64,000 nt of DNA. Source: Gammaproteobacteria bacterium (lineage in GTDB: Bacteria > Pseudomonadota > Gammaproteobacteria > Eutrophobiales > Eutrophobiaceae). Under the pieces are notes generated by a model. That model saw only the letters and a list, made by a program, of their open reading frames with translations. It was not told the DNA's origin and did not search any database. Positions 19,719 to 30,250 of this stretch are shown here, one piece after another. A program made the position numbers and the translations under genes. How positions within the stretch are numbered: the stretch's first letter is position 1; every line of letters starts with the position of its first letter. The stretch is taken from contig JANQJZ010000044.1 of NCBI GenBank assembly GCA_028281365.1, positions 29,818-93,817 of the forward strand, given 5' to 3'.

Positions 19719-21740
19719 TTATTTAGGGGAAAATGTTTTTATAAGATTTTTAAAATCATTTAACTTGTTGAAACTCGATTGATATCGAATTAGAACATAT
19801 AAATCAGTAATACTGTTAACATCACTCGCCAAATCTTTTCTACTATGACAAATACGTCTTGAAAAATCGATTGGTCCCTCATGGATCATTTTTTGAATAC
19901 CAATTTTAGCCATTTTTTTACAAAAAATATCATAATATTGTTTCGCTAAATCGACAGTTTTTGGAGGTCTTGTAAAAATAAAGATAGCTATTGATAAAAA
20001 AATAACGCCAATAAAAATGATCATTGCTATAGTCATTTTTTTCCAATCTATAAAGCCAAAACCTAATCTATGCAACAAAAGTAACTGACGTTCCGGCCCA
20101 TAACCAAGCACCCATTGTGCCCACTGGTAATTTACCATATCAACAGTATTTCGAAATTGTTGCCATAGTCTTGCTACATATGCATTATGCTCAAGGTCAA
20201 GTGGCATATCTATAATTAGATCCGGAATACTATTTTCAATGCCCTGGTTAACACGTTCAGGTGAAACAGCTGAAGTAGGATCGATACGAACCCAACCTTT
20301 ATCATTCAACCATACTTCAGACCATGCATGTGCATCGTGTTGCCTGACGATTAAATAATTTCCTATCGGATTAATTTCTCCACCCTGATATCCTGTGACA
20401 ACTCTGGCCGGGATCCCCATTGCTCGCATAAGTACTGTAAAGGCAGCTGCATAATGCTCACAAAAACCCTGACGTGAGTTAAATAAAAATTCATCTACCA
20501 TATCACCGGCAATCAATGGTGGTCTTAAAGTGTAAATAAAATTTTCTTTATTAAACCAGTCTAATACCGCCTTGATTCGTAATTCAGGTTCCTGATACTG
20601 TTGTAATAATTCAGCCGCAAATTTGCGTGTACGTTCATGATATAAATCCGGTAATACCAGTGCACGCTGAATATCATCAAACGAATCTGCACCAAGCAGA
20701 TATGATGTATTTGATAATAGTGTAAATGCTTTTCTCGATCGTATCGCTTCATCCGTTTTCAATTGACGATCTTGTGTAAAATGAGTCTTTTCAGGCGGCG
20801 CTGAAACCATCTCTAAACCAAATAACCAATGTTTGTTTGTTGGCTCAATCGTGACATCATATTTAATAACATTGCCGGAAAACCTGACTGGTTCCGGTCT
20901 CTGTCTGTCTGCAGATTTACCCATGGTCCACTTCCTTCCATCTGTTTTCCAGAGTACCGGTCCCCGCCAATATAATTGTGATCGTTCGGGAATATCATTA
21001 TCAAAGCTGACCCTGAAAGCGACTTCATTGGATTGAACCAGTTTACTGATAGTACCTGGTGTCATTTGGTCATCTATTCCTGTGATACCGGTATAGGCAT
21101 CTTCAGGCAGACCCCATAACGGTCCATTCACACGTGGAAACAGGATAAACAATACGAGCAAAATAGGTAATGACTGTAATATTAATGTAGATGAATATCG
21201 AAATTGCTCCACGATTGACATTGATTCATCGACATCATTAAACCTTACTAAACTGGCCGTCATAATGATTATGACCAGTAACATATATGCTGCTGTAGGA
21301 ATTGTTTGTGAATAGAAAAAATTCGTTATGACCAAAAAATAACCCAGATAGGCAGATATATAAAAATCCCGCTTGGTTTTACTCTCAAAAACTTTCAAAC
21401 CGGCAAGCATAACCAGTAATGCTATACCAACATCACGACCCGCCAGACTTCCATAGCTCGCATAAACGCCAAGTATACCAAGCAGCATTATTACCAACCT
21501 GCTAAAACCAATCAGACTGGAAGCTTGTCTCCAGAATCCGGCATATCGAAAAGGAATATACACACGCAGAAACAACAATAGGGTATGTAAAACCGGTATC
21601 CATATGGGCAAGCGTTGCCAGTGTGGTAAACCGGCTAACAATAGACCTGTTATCAATACAATTAATTTATTCAGATCCAGTTCCGCTAGATGCTTGTTAT
21701 TCATCCTTCCATTCCGAACCAGGCCAGAATTTCCAGGCAT
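19719..21740 (-). CDS. Transglutaminase-like multi-TM protein (DUF3488/TGase core)
   Basis: Several N-terminal TM helices. QGFCEHYAAAFTVLMRAMGIPARVVTGYQGGE Cys active-site region. Confidence 0.75.
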   Translation of the reverse strand: MPGNSGLVRNGRMNNKHLAELDLNKLIVLITGLLLAGLPHWQRLPIWIPVLHTLLLFLRVYIPFRYAGFWRQASSLIGFSRLVIMLLGILGVYASYGSLAGRDVGIALLVMLAGLKVFESKTKRDFYISAYLGYFLVITNFFYSQTIPTAAYMLLVIIIMTASLVRFNDVDESMSIVEQFRYSSTLILQSLPILLVLFILFPRVNGPLWGLPEDAYTGITGIDDQMTPGTISKLVQSNEVAFRVSFDNDIPERSQLYWRGPVLWKTDGRKWTMGKSADRQRPEPVRFSGNVIKYDVTIEPTNKHWLFGLEMVSAPPEKTHFTQDRQLKTDEAIRSRKAFTLLSNTSYLLGADSFDDIQRALVLPDLYHERTRKFAAELLQQYQEPELRIKAVLDWFNKENFIYTLRPPLIAGDMVDEFLFNSRQGFCEHYAAAFTVLMRAMGIPARVVTGYQGGEINPIGNYLIVRQHDAHAWSEVWLNDKGWVRIDPTSAVSPERVNQGIENSIPDLIIDMPLDLEHNAYVARLWQQFRNTVDMVNYQWAQWVLGYGPERQLLLLHRLGFGFIDWKKMTIAMIIFIGVIFLSIAIFIFTRPPKTVDLAKQYYDIFCKKMAKIGIQKMIHEGPIDFSRRICHSRKDLASDVNSITDLYVLIRYQSSFNKLNDFKNLIKTFSPK

Positions 21741-22669
21741 CTTTCTTTATGTTGTTTTCCATAAGACGGTTTTACATCACTACCCGGAACAGTCAGGCTG
21801 TATTGTAAGCCTTCACGATCGGCAATCAGGACCCAAAAACATAATTGCGATAAACGGCCTTCTATATCCGGGATATGCGAGACAGACTCCCAGCTTAAGA
21901 TTAAACTTTCATTACCTTTACCGCTAAACAGCTTTACTAATAAGCCCTGTTCTCTGGCAAACGCTTTCCATGCAATAGAATTGATTGGATCACCCGGGTG
22001 ATACTTTCGGAAGCCGGCAAAATCATCTACACCAGTTTGAATACCTACTTCTGCTTTTTCATCATCTATCAATGATAGCGGCATGGTCTTTTGACCTATT
22101 GGTGAAGGATACACCAGACAGCTTTCACCCGATTCAAAATAGGACCAGGATTTAAATAAACCTATTGGATATTCAGTAGAAATAATCAGGCGATGCGCTT
22201 TTACTATTCCCCGTTGCAGGGTTTTTTGAGGATAGTAAATGATTCCTTGTTTACTCTTTTCAATATTGATAAATAAAGTGGAATTATTTTTATTCTTCTT
22301 GTGTCCTTCTATCTTTAACGACAGGCGTGTGATCCCCATCCTGTTATCAATTAATAACGGAAAATATGCTTCCTGCCCTGCAAATACAGGTGCAGGTATT
22401 TTAGAACTGATAATCAGTCCTGTGAGGTTCCTATAGGTATGTAACATACAGACCAGGCCAAGACTGGCAAGCAAGAAACAAAGTATAAAAGCCATGCTAT
22501 TGTTATAGTTTATTGCACCTAACAACATCACTATCAACATTAAAGCGTAAACCCATCCCTGGCTGGTAGGAAAAATATAAACCCGTTTTCGATCCAGGTG
22601 TTTAAGTTGTGACGTTGAATAACCGGTAGGGTCAACAGGTAATCTTTCTAGTACAACAGATGTTGACAT
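21701..22669 (-). CDS. DUF58 (vWA-like) protein
   Basis: DDFAGFRKYHPGD motif. Overlaps the downstream TGase gene. Confidence 0.75.
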   Translation of the reverse strand: MSTSVVLERLPVDPTGYSTSQLKHLDRKRVYIFPTSQGWVYALMLIVMLLGAINYNNSMAFILCFLLASLGLVCMLHTYRNLTGLIISSKIPAPVFAGQEAYFPLLIDNRMGITRLSLKIEGHKKNKNNSTLFINIEKSKQGIIYYPQKTLQRGIVKAHRLIISTEYPIGLFKSWSYFESGESCLVYPSPIGQKTMPLSLIDDEKAEVGIQTGVDDFAGFRKYHPGDPINSIAWKAFAREQGLLVKLFSGKGNESLILSWESVSHIPDIEGRLSQLCFWVLIADREGLQYSLTVPGSDVKPSYGKQHKERCLEILAWFGMEG

Positions 22670-22687
22670 AACATTACCTTAATAGAT

Positions 22688-23641
22688 TCAGGGGATAGGT
22701 ACTTGCTGAATAAGATGTTGAGCAGGTTTTAAGGTTTGAGGTTCTGTTGATTCGTATATGTATTGCAATCGATGCCCGACAACACTTGGAAGGACTGCTT
22801 GCAGATCCTCGGGCAGCACATGCTGATTTGAATGTAATATCGCCCATGCCTTGGCAGCATTGATAATAGCTAATCCGGCACGTGGTGAAAGCCCATGAAC
22901 ATAGTTTCCTGAATGCCGGCTAAAATCAATCAAATCTTGTAAATAGTTCAGTAATGCATCAGACACATGTACTGCATCCAGTGATTTTTGAAAAGAGATA
23001 AGTTCAGGGGGGGTTAATACTGCCGGAACGTCTTTAAGCATTTCTTTTCTATCTTTACCTTTAAATAAATCCCGCTCCGCTGAACTATCCGGGTAACCCA
23101 ATTCAATTCTCATTAAGAACCGATCCAGTTGCGATTCCGGCAAAGGGAAGGTACCAATCTGGTTTGCCGGGTTCTGTGTTGCAATAACATAGAATGGTTC
23201 CGGTAAATTACGCGTTTCCCCTTCTATAGTGACCTGATTTTCAGCCATCGCTTCAAGTAAGGCACTCTGTGTTCGAGGTGTGGCGCGATTAATTTCATCA
23301 GCCAGAATCAGATTAGAAAATACAGGGCCCTGATGAAAACTAAACTTACCTGTATCTTTGTTAAAAACAGACACACCAAGAATGTCAGCTGGTAATAAAT
23401 CACTGGTAAATTGAATACGCTGGTAACTCAAACCAAGCACTCTGGCCAGGGTATGAGCCAATGTTGTTTTGCCAACGCCGGGAGTATCTTCAATCAACAA
23501 ATGACCTTTGGCAATCAGACAGGTTATTGCCAGGCGAATAGCATTTTCCTTTCCTAATATTACTTTGCTTATTTCGTTTACTGCATCATCAAGTCTTGAT
23601 ACGTCGTTTGTTGTCGTTACTATATCTTCACTTATATTCAT
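22688..23641 (-). CDS. MoxR-family AAA+ ATPase
   Basis: GVGKTTLA Walker A and LADEINRA motif, 317 aa. Confidence 0.85.
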   Translation of the reverse strand: MNISEDIVTTTNDVSRLDDAVNEISKVILGKENAIRLAITCLIAKGHLLIEDTPGVGKTTLAHTLARVLGLSYQRIQFTSDLLPADILGVSVFNKDTGKFSFHQGPVFSNLILADEINRATPRTQSALLEAMAENQVTIEGETRNLPEPFYVIATQNPANQIGTFPLPESQLDRFLMRIELGYPDSSAERDLFKGKDRKEMLKDVPAVLTPPELISFQKSLDAVHVSDALLNYLQDLIDFSRHSGNYVHGLSPRAGLAIINAAKAWAILHSNQHVLPEDLQAVLPSVVGHRLQYIYESTEPQTLKPAQHLIQQVPIP

Positions 23642-23647
23642 AATTAA

Positions 23648-24997
23648 TTAATCACCAGCAATCGTCATGGAATCGATCAAAACTGAACCTGTCAGTACAT
23701 TACCCCTCGGATCAATATCATTCCCAATAGTAATAATATTTTTATACATATCGACCAAATTACCAGCAACTGTGATTTCTTCTACCGGAAACATAAGTTC
23801 TCCATTTTCTACCCAGAAGCCTGAGGCCCCACGGGAATAATCACCAGTAACCTGATTTACACCAAAACCGATCATGTCAGTAATCAACAAGCCTGTATTC
23901 ATTTCTTTAATCATTTCTTCAAGATTTTTAGTACCCGGTTCAATGACCAGATTATGAACACCTCCTGCATTACCTGTTGTTTTAAGTCCCAGTTTACGTG
24001 CCGAATAACCACCAAGAACATAATCCTGTAATATACCATTGCTGATAATTTCACGTTCCTTTGTAGCGACACCATCATTATCAAATGGCGCACTACCTAA
24101 TGCTTTCTTTAGATGTGGCTTTTCACTTATATTTATATGATCTGCAAATATTTGTTCTCCTTTTTTGTCCAGTAAAAAACTGGCGCGACGATATAAACTC
24201 CCACCGGAAATAGCAGTTATAAATACAGAAAAAAGACCTGATGCTACCGGTGCTTCAAAAATAACCGGAACCTGACGTGTAGAAATTTTTTGTGATCCAA
24301 GCCGGGCAATTGTTCTTCTGGCTGCTTCATTACTAATGTCTTTTACAGATTGTAACTCGTCATAGTTTCGCGCCTTACTGTACCAACCATCACGTTGCAT
24401 GCCCTTTTCATTTTCAGCAATTACCGTGCAATCAACTATATGAGTAGACCAGTTCCAACCATTTATAAAATCATTCGTATTTCCATATAGATTTATTCCA
24501 CTATACGTACTGACGACACAGCCATCAGAATTATTTATTCTCTGATCATATTCAAACGCGAGTTGTTCACATTCAATTGCCATGTCAATTGCCGTCTCGG
24601 GCGAGATCGACCAGGGATGATAAAGATCAAGATCAGGCACTTCTTTCGCCATCTCTTCAGGTTTAACCAGACCAGCACAATCATCACGACTGGCATGTCG
24701 TGCAATTCCATAGGAAGCATTAACAATATCTTTTAGTGCCTTGTCACTAAAATCAGAAGTACTTGCGCTACCTTTTTGACCATTCAGGTATAATGTCAGA
24801 CTTAGTCCTTTATCACGTTCAAATTCAAGCTTGTCGATTTCACTTTTACGAACGGTGGCTGAAAGTCCCGAGCCTGCACCAATATCGGCCTCAGCCGCGT
24901 CGGCCCCGGCTTGTTTCGAAAGATTTAACACTGTATCGATGATACGAATTAAATCTTCACGATTGTCAGATAAAATTGTGGTATTTATTGCATCCAT
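23648..24997 (-). CDS. pmbA: TldD/PmbA-family metalloprotease (PmbA/TldE-like)
   Basis: 449 aa, PmbA_TldD family. 6 nt upstream of the moxR-like gene. Confidence 0.75.
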   Translation of the reverse strand: MDAINTTILSDNREDLIRIIDTVLNLSKQAGADAAEADIGAGSGLSATVRKSEIDKLEFERDKGLSLTLYLNGQKGSASTSDFSDKALKDIVNASYGIARHASRDDCAGLVKPEEMAKEVPDLDLYHPWSISPETAIDMAIECEQLAFEYDQRINNSDGCVVSTYSGINLYGNTNDFINGWNWSTHIVDCTVIAENEKGMQRDGWYSKARNYDELQSVKDISNEAARRTIARLGSQKISTRQVPVIFEAPVASGLFSVFITAISGGSLYRRASFLLDKKGEQIFADHINISEKPHLKKALGSAPFDNDGVATKEREIISNGILQDYVLGGYSARKLGLKTTGNAGGVHNLVIEPGTKNLEEMIKEMNTGLLITDMIGFGVNQVTGDYSRGASGFWVENGELMFPVEEITVAGNLVDMYKNIITIGNDIDPRGNVLTGSVLIDSMTIAGD

Positions 24998-25073
24998 GAT
25001 GTTTTGTTTATTTTTTGGCCTTACATTCTAGCATTCAAACAGTTTAGAACAGCAATTTAATACTACGATTTAT

Positions 25074-27257
25074 TTGCGTACAATCCGTTCCATGGATGTC
25101 TCCCATATTCTTGAATCTCTAAATACTGCTCAACGTGATGCAGTCGCTGCAGCCGATGGCAACCTGTTGGTACTGGCCGGTGCGGGTAGCGGAAAAACCC
25201 GTGTATTGGTACATCGCATAGCCTGGTATATCGAGACCGGGCAAGCCAGCCCCTACAGTATTATGGCTGTCACTTTTACCAATAAAGCCGCTGCAGAAAT
25301 GCGTTCCCGTATAGAAAACCTGCTTGGGCAATCAGTTCGAGGCATGTGGGTAGGCACTTTTCATGGTTTATCTCATCGTTTGTTGCGAGCCCATTGGCAA
25401 GAAGCAAAGTTACCCGAAAATTTTCAAATTCTGGACAGTGAAGATCAATACCGAACCATTCGACGTGTTATTCGGACAATGATGCTGGATGAGTCACGCT
25501 ATCCGCCGAAAGAAGCACAATGGTTTATCAATGCACGTAAAGATGAAGGTTTAAGACCCGAACATATTGAAGATCATGGTGATGTAACAATAGCGCAAAT
25601 GATCCAGATTTATAAAACATATCAGGAAACCTGTGAGAGATCCGGCTTACTTGATTTTGCTGAATTGCTATTACGTGTCTTTGAAATGTTCAGGGATCAA
25701 AACAGTATCCGTGAACATTACCAACAGCGATTTAAACATGTATTAGTCGACGAATTTCAAGATACGAATACACTCCAATATGCCTGGTTAAGATTGGTGG
25801 TTGGTAACAGCAATACCCTATTTGCCGTGGGTGATGATGATCAATCTGTCTACAGCTGGCGCGGTGCACGTGTTGAAAACATGCAATCTTTTGAACAGGA
25901 CTTTAAAGATACAAAATTATTAAAGCTTGAACAAAACTACCGCTCTACTGCCACTATTTTAAAAGCTGCGAACAGCTTGATAGCAAATAATAATGCAAGA
26001 CTCGGTAAAGATCTCTGGACTGATGGTAAAGAAGGTGAACGTATTGACATATACATGGCCTACAACGAAACCGATGAAGCACGATATGTCGTAGATCAAA
26101 TCAAAACTGCACCGGAGCACGGTAAGCCATTTAGTGATTATGCCGTTTTATATCGAGTCAGCGCTCAATCACGTGTACTTGAAGAGGCTTTAATGCAGGC
26201 CCGTATTCCATACCGGGTCTATGGTGGAATGCGATTCTATGAACGTGCGGAAATTAAGGATGCCCTGGCCTATGTTCGCCTGTCTCGTTTCCAGGATGAT
26301 GATGCTTCTTTTGAACGTATTGTAAATACGCCCACAAGAGGTATTGGTAGTCGTACTGTAGAAGAGCTAAGAAGTATTGCAAGAAAAGATCAATGTTCAT
26401 TATGGAAAGCAGCTTTACATATTATTGAACACAAACTACTTGCAGCACGTGCTTTAAACGCGCTGGAACAATTTATTAAATTAATTCAACACATGTCTCA
26501 AGCTGAATCAGAATCAACATTAAATGAACATGTCGATAAGGTTATTCATTTAAGTGGATTGATTGATCATTTTAAAAAAGAAAAAGGAGAAAAAGGCCTT
26601 GCGCGTATTGAAAACCTGGAAGAACTGGTAACAGCCGCAGGAGAATTTGAGATCAGTGATGATGAAGAACTGGCAGAGATGGATGCATTATCAGCGTTTC
26701 TCGCCCATGCAGCGCTGGAATCGGGAGAGACCCAGGCAAATGACAATACGGAATGTGTTCATATGATGACCTTACATTCCGCCAAGGGTCTTGAATTCCC
26801 CGATGTTTTTTTAGTTGGTATGGAGGAAGGCCTGTTCCCACACCAACGTAGCAGTGAAGACTTGATTCAATTGGAGGAAGAACGGCGACTATGCTATGTC
26901 GGTATTACCCGGGCACAAAAAAAACTGACATTAACTCATGCACAGCATAGACGCTTACATGGTTCAGATTACTACCCGCAACCTTCACGATTCATTGATG
27001 AGGTCCCGTCTGAATTATTGAATGACATACGCCTTGGTGGAAATGTAACGGAAACTTTTTTTAACAAAAATGAAGTCATTAATTCAAATAATGATAAAGG
27101 TTTAACATTAGGACAACGGGTTTCACACGCAAAATTTGGTGAGGGAGTAATTTTAAACCTTGAAGGCAGTGGTGGACATATGCGTATACAAGTTAATTTT
27201 GAGCAGGCTGGTTGTAAATGGCTGGTGGCAGCCTATGCAAATCTAATCCCCGCTTAA
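25074..27257 (+). CDS. uvrD: DNA helicase II (UvrD/Rep superfamily 1 helicase)
   Basis: GAGSGKT Walker A, TFTNKAA, 727 aa. Confidence 0.85.
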   Translation: MRTIRSMDVSHILESLNTAQRDAVAAADGNLLVLAGAGSGKTRVLVHRIAWYIETGQASPYSIMAVTFTNKAAAEMRSRIENLLGQSVRGMWVGTFHGLSHRLLRAHWQEAKLPENFQILDSEDQYRTIRRVIRTMMLDESRYPPKEAQWFINARKDEGLRPEHIEDHGDVTIAQMIQIYKTYQETCERSGLLDFAELLLRVFEMFRDQNSIREHYQQRFKHVLVDEFQDTNTLQYAWLRLVVGNSNTLFAVGDDDQSVYSWRGARVENMQSFEQDFKDTKLLKLEQNYRSTATILKAANSLIANNNARLGKDLWTDGKEGERIDIYMAYNETDEARYVVDQIKTAPEHGKPFSDYAVLYRVSAQSRVLEEALMQARIPYRVYGGMRFYERAEIKDALAYVRLSRFQDDDASFERIVNTPTRGIGSRTVEELRSIARKDQCSLWKAALHIIEHKLLAARALNALEQFIKLIQHMSQAESESTLNEHVDKVIHLSGLIDHFKKEKGEKGLARIENLEELVTAAGEFEISDDEELAEMDALSAFLAHAALESGETQANDNTECVHMMTLHSAKGLEFPDVFLVGMEEGLFPHQRSSEDLIQLEEERRLCYVGITRAQKKLTLTHAQHRRLHGSDYYPQPSRFIDEVPSELLNDIRLGGNVTETFFNKNEVINSNNDKGLTLGQRVSHAKFGEGVILNLEGSGGHMRIQVNFEQAGCKWLVAAYANLIPA

Positions 27258-27606
27258 GAATGGTTATTTTATTCGATTACTTCGTTACTTCATTTTTTGC
27301 GATGCTCATGTATTGACATATACACTCCGCTTCTCAAAAATGTCGCGCCTCGTACTCGAATAAACTATCTCATTCTTAAAAATACTAACTGGCACAAAGG
27401 AAAGAAATATGAAGCTTTACTGTGAACAAATGAAACATTTCAGCACATTGAGCTGTAATAAACATAATAGTATTTACGAATGTTCAGATGTCTTAATATC
27501 TATTCAAAATAAAACATATGGGCTTATCATTCATGATGGTAGTTAAGTCAGATTACTATTCTCCATTGTCCTTGGTGTGGTATACATTTAGAAAAGGCAA
27601 ATAACT

Positions 27607-28716
27607 ATGAATAAATTTAATATTTTATTTCTCTTACTTATTAGCATATTCATTACTGCATGTGGTAACGACCCAGGGACTGATACTAATACAAGTAAAA
27701 ATACTAAAACTGATCTATCAAAAACCTTTCGTTGGAAAATGGTCACAACATGGCCAGCTAATTTTCCAATCTTTCAGGAAGGCGCACAAAAATTTGCCAA
27801 TGATGTAAAGCAGATGAGTAATGGTCGTCTCGATATCAGGGTTTATGCAGGTGGCGAACTTGTCCCACCACTTCAGGTGTTTGATGCTGTATCCCAGGGA
27901 GTGGTAGAAATGGGTCATGGCTCACCTTATTACTGGGCTGGTAAAGTACCCGCCGCACAGTTTTTTTCATCGGTCCCTTTCGGTATGACTGCAAAAGGAA
28001 TGAACGCCTGGCTATATAACGGTGGTGGCCTGGAGCTTTGGCGGGAAATATACAAACCCTTTAACTTAACTGCGTTCCCAATGGGAAATACCGGTTTACA
28101 AATGGGTGGTTGGTTTAATAAACAGATCAATTCTGTTGAAGATATATCAGGTCTTCGTATGCGTATCCCTGGTCTTGGCGGCAAGGTATTTAAAAAGGCC
28201 GGGGGTAACCCCGTTTTAATGGCAGGCGGCGAAATTTATACGGCTTTAGAAAGAGGTACTATTGATGCCACTGAATGGGTTGCCCCTTTTCATGACATGC
28301 GACTAGGGTTAAACCGCGCTGCAAATTTTTACTACTACCCTGGTTGGCATGAACCCGGGACTGTTTTTGAATTGATGATAAACCTGTCGAAATGGTCACA
28401 ATTATCACCTGACTTGCAGAAAATTGTCGAAGTCGCTGCTGCCGCAACCAGTGAATGGATCTATGCACAGATGGAATTTCATAACCAGGAAGCTTTAAAA
28501 GAATTAAAAACCAAACAAAACGTACAAATATTGGAATTTCCGGAAGAAGTATTATTAGAACTAAAACGCCTGACTAATGAAACATTAAATGAAGAAGCTG
28601 CAACTAATCCTGAATTCAAACGTGTATACGATGCATATGAATCATTTCGAAAAAATTATCAAAGCTGGAATGAGTTATCTGATGAAGCGTATCAGGATAG
28701 TCTCAGACTCAAGTAA
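27607..28716 (+). CDS. TRAP-transporter solute-binding lipoprotein (COG4663 family), orphan
   Basis: Lipobox FITAC. GELVPPLQVFDAVSQGVVEMGHGSPYYWAGK and GGEIYTALERGTIDATEW motifs. No dctQM adjacent. Confidence 0.6.
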   Translation: MNKFNILFLLLISIFITACGNDPGTDTNTSKNTKTDLSKTFRWKMVTTWPANFPIFQEGAQKFANDVKQMSNGRLDIRVYAGGELVPPLQVFDAVSQGVVEMGHGSPYYWAGKVPAAQFFSSVPFGMTAKGMNAWLYNGGGLELWREIYKPFNLTAFPMGNTGLQMGGWFNKQINSVEDISGLRMRIPGLGGKVFKKAGGNPVLMAGGEIYTALERGTIDATEWVAPFHDMRLGLNRAANFYYYPGWHEPGTVFELMINLSKWSQLSPDLQKIVEVAAAATSEWIYAQMEFHNQEALKELKTKQNVQILEFPEEVLLELKRLTNETLNEEAATNPEFKRVYDAYESFRKNYQSWNELSDEAYQDSLRLK

Positions 28717-28750
28717 TAACTTCGAATATTTGTCCTGAGACGATTTCATA

Positions 28751-28778
28751 ACCCCTATAAAAAAGGGGGCATTATGCC
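28751..28778. terminator. Bidirectional rho-independent terminator (aaaaGGGGGCATtATGCCCCCtttt)
   Basis: 8-bp GC stem flanked by an A-run and a T-run, between the convergent TRAP-SBP and cytochrome genes. Confidence 0.75.
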
Positions 28779-28805
28779 CCCTTTTGTTATCTATAAACTT
28801 TAGGC

Positions 28806-29636
28806 TTACTGAACCTGTTTAATCATGTAGTCTACTGCGGCCTTAACTTCATCATCGCTAAGATCAGGATTTCCACCCTTGCCCGGCATCATACCAAGAT
28901 CACCCGTAAAACCATTTATTGCATTGGTATAAAGTGTATCAGTGCCTTTTTCGATGCGTGATGCCCACACCGCTGCATCCCCTGTCTGAGGGATCATGGC
29001 GGCCAGGGCTGCTACACCATGACAATTAACACACAGACTGTCATATACAGTTTTACCAACATCTCCTGATGCCGCTCCTGTATCAGCCGCAGCAGTATCG
29101 CCTGACTCTAGTTGGCTCACCATATAATCAACAGCAGCCTTAACTTCATCATCACTAAGGTTTGGATTTCCACCTTTACCGGGCATCATTCCCATATCAC
29201 CGGTAAAACCATTAATGGCATTTTCATATAACGTATCAATTCCTTTTTCGATACGTGTCTCCCATGCAGCTGCATCCCCTGTCTGAGGTATCATTGCTGC
29301 CATCGCGGGAATGCCATGACAATTAACACAAAGTCCATCATAAACAGCCTGGCCTGGATGGCCACCAGATGCGTCCCCTGCAGGTGGTGTAGCCGGAGGA
29401 GCTTCTTCAACAACTTCATCACCCACTGCCGTAACCTTACCAACCGGTTTGGTTAACTCTGCAACCTGAGCAGCACGCATCTTTGCATCTGCTTCATCAT
29501 CATTACCAGCAAATTGCGCAACAATGAAAAACACTACCATCATTACTGCAATTGCACCTACAACAAGAGAAAAATTTCTGAAAAATACCTGATCTTGTTC
29601 TTTACTCATGACCTGTCCCCACTGGTGAATGCCCAA
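28806..29636 (-). CDS. Membrane-anchored diheme c-type cytochrome (c5-like, tandem-duplicated domain)
   Basis: N-terminal TM helix and two CVNCHG haem motifs in two ~75-aa repeats. Probable start at the internal MSKEQ. Confidence 0.8.
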   Translation of the reverse strand: MGIHQWGQVMSKEQDQVFFRNFSLVVGAIAVMMVVFFIVAQFAGNDDEADAKMRAAQVAELTKPVGKVTAVGDEVVEEAPPATPPAGDASGGHPGQAVYDGLCVNCHGIPAMAAMIPQTGDAAAWETRIEKGIDTLYENAINGFTGDMGMMPGKGGNPNLSDDEVKAAVDYMVSQLESGDTAAADTGAASGDVGKTVYDSLCVNCHGVAALAAMIPQTGDAAVWASRIEKGTDTLYTNAINGFTGDLGMMPGKGGNPDLSDDEVKAAVDYMIKQVQ

Positions 29637-29731
29637 AAAATATTTTTTTTAGTATTAGTAGCACAAGTATACCTATTGTCGGGAATTCTGGAAATATTGA
29701 GAAAAACAGTTACATTCTTTAAGAAAAATAA

Positions 29732-30250
29732 TTACTTAGCATCCCGGTCGATATTACTATTCAATGATTTGTCCTTCTTACGGGATTCATTGGCCAGATT
29801 CTTTTTATAATCCATTAGTTTATTCATCAACCTTGTATTATTCGTTGCAAGAATTTCCAATGCTAATAATCCCGCATTTTTACCTGCGCCAATTGCCACT
29901 GTCGCCACCGGGACACCACCGGGCATTTGAACTATAGAAAGTAATGAATCCATTCCACTTAATGCTTCCGATTTAATCGGTACCCCAATAACAGGTAAAG
30001 CTGTATGACTGGCAACCATGCCAGGTAAATGCGCTGCTCCACCAGCTGCTGCAATGATGACTTTAATGCCGCGCTTGTGCGCTGCTTTTGCATATTTACT
30101 CATATCATCTGGTGTTCGATGGGCTGAAACGACATGAACTTCATAGACAATAGAAAATTGTTCACATACTTCTGCAGCTGCTTTTAATGTAGGCCAATCC
30201 GAATCACTACCCATAATAATTCCGACAACAGGTTTGGTTTTATTTGTCAT
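29732..30250 (-). CDS. purE: N5-carboxyaminoimidazole ribonucleotide mutase
   Basis: [10 protein letters not shown]...SAHRTP signature. Confidence 0.9.
   Translation of the reverse strand: MTNKTKPVVGIIMGSDSDWPTLKAAAEVCEQFSIVYEVHVVSAHRTPDDMSKYAKAAHKRGIKVIIAAAGGAAHLPGMVASHTALPVIGVPIKSEALSGMDSLLSIVQMPGGVPVATVAIGAGKNAGLLALEILATNNTRLMNKLMDYKKNLANESRKKDKSLNSNIDRDAK

Noticed and set aside
25000-25073. Possible LexA (SOS) box upstream of uvrD (ACAG-tttagaa-CAG)
   Set aside because: It does not fit the gammaproteobacterial CTGT-N8-ACAG consensus, having the wrong half-site orientation and spacing.
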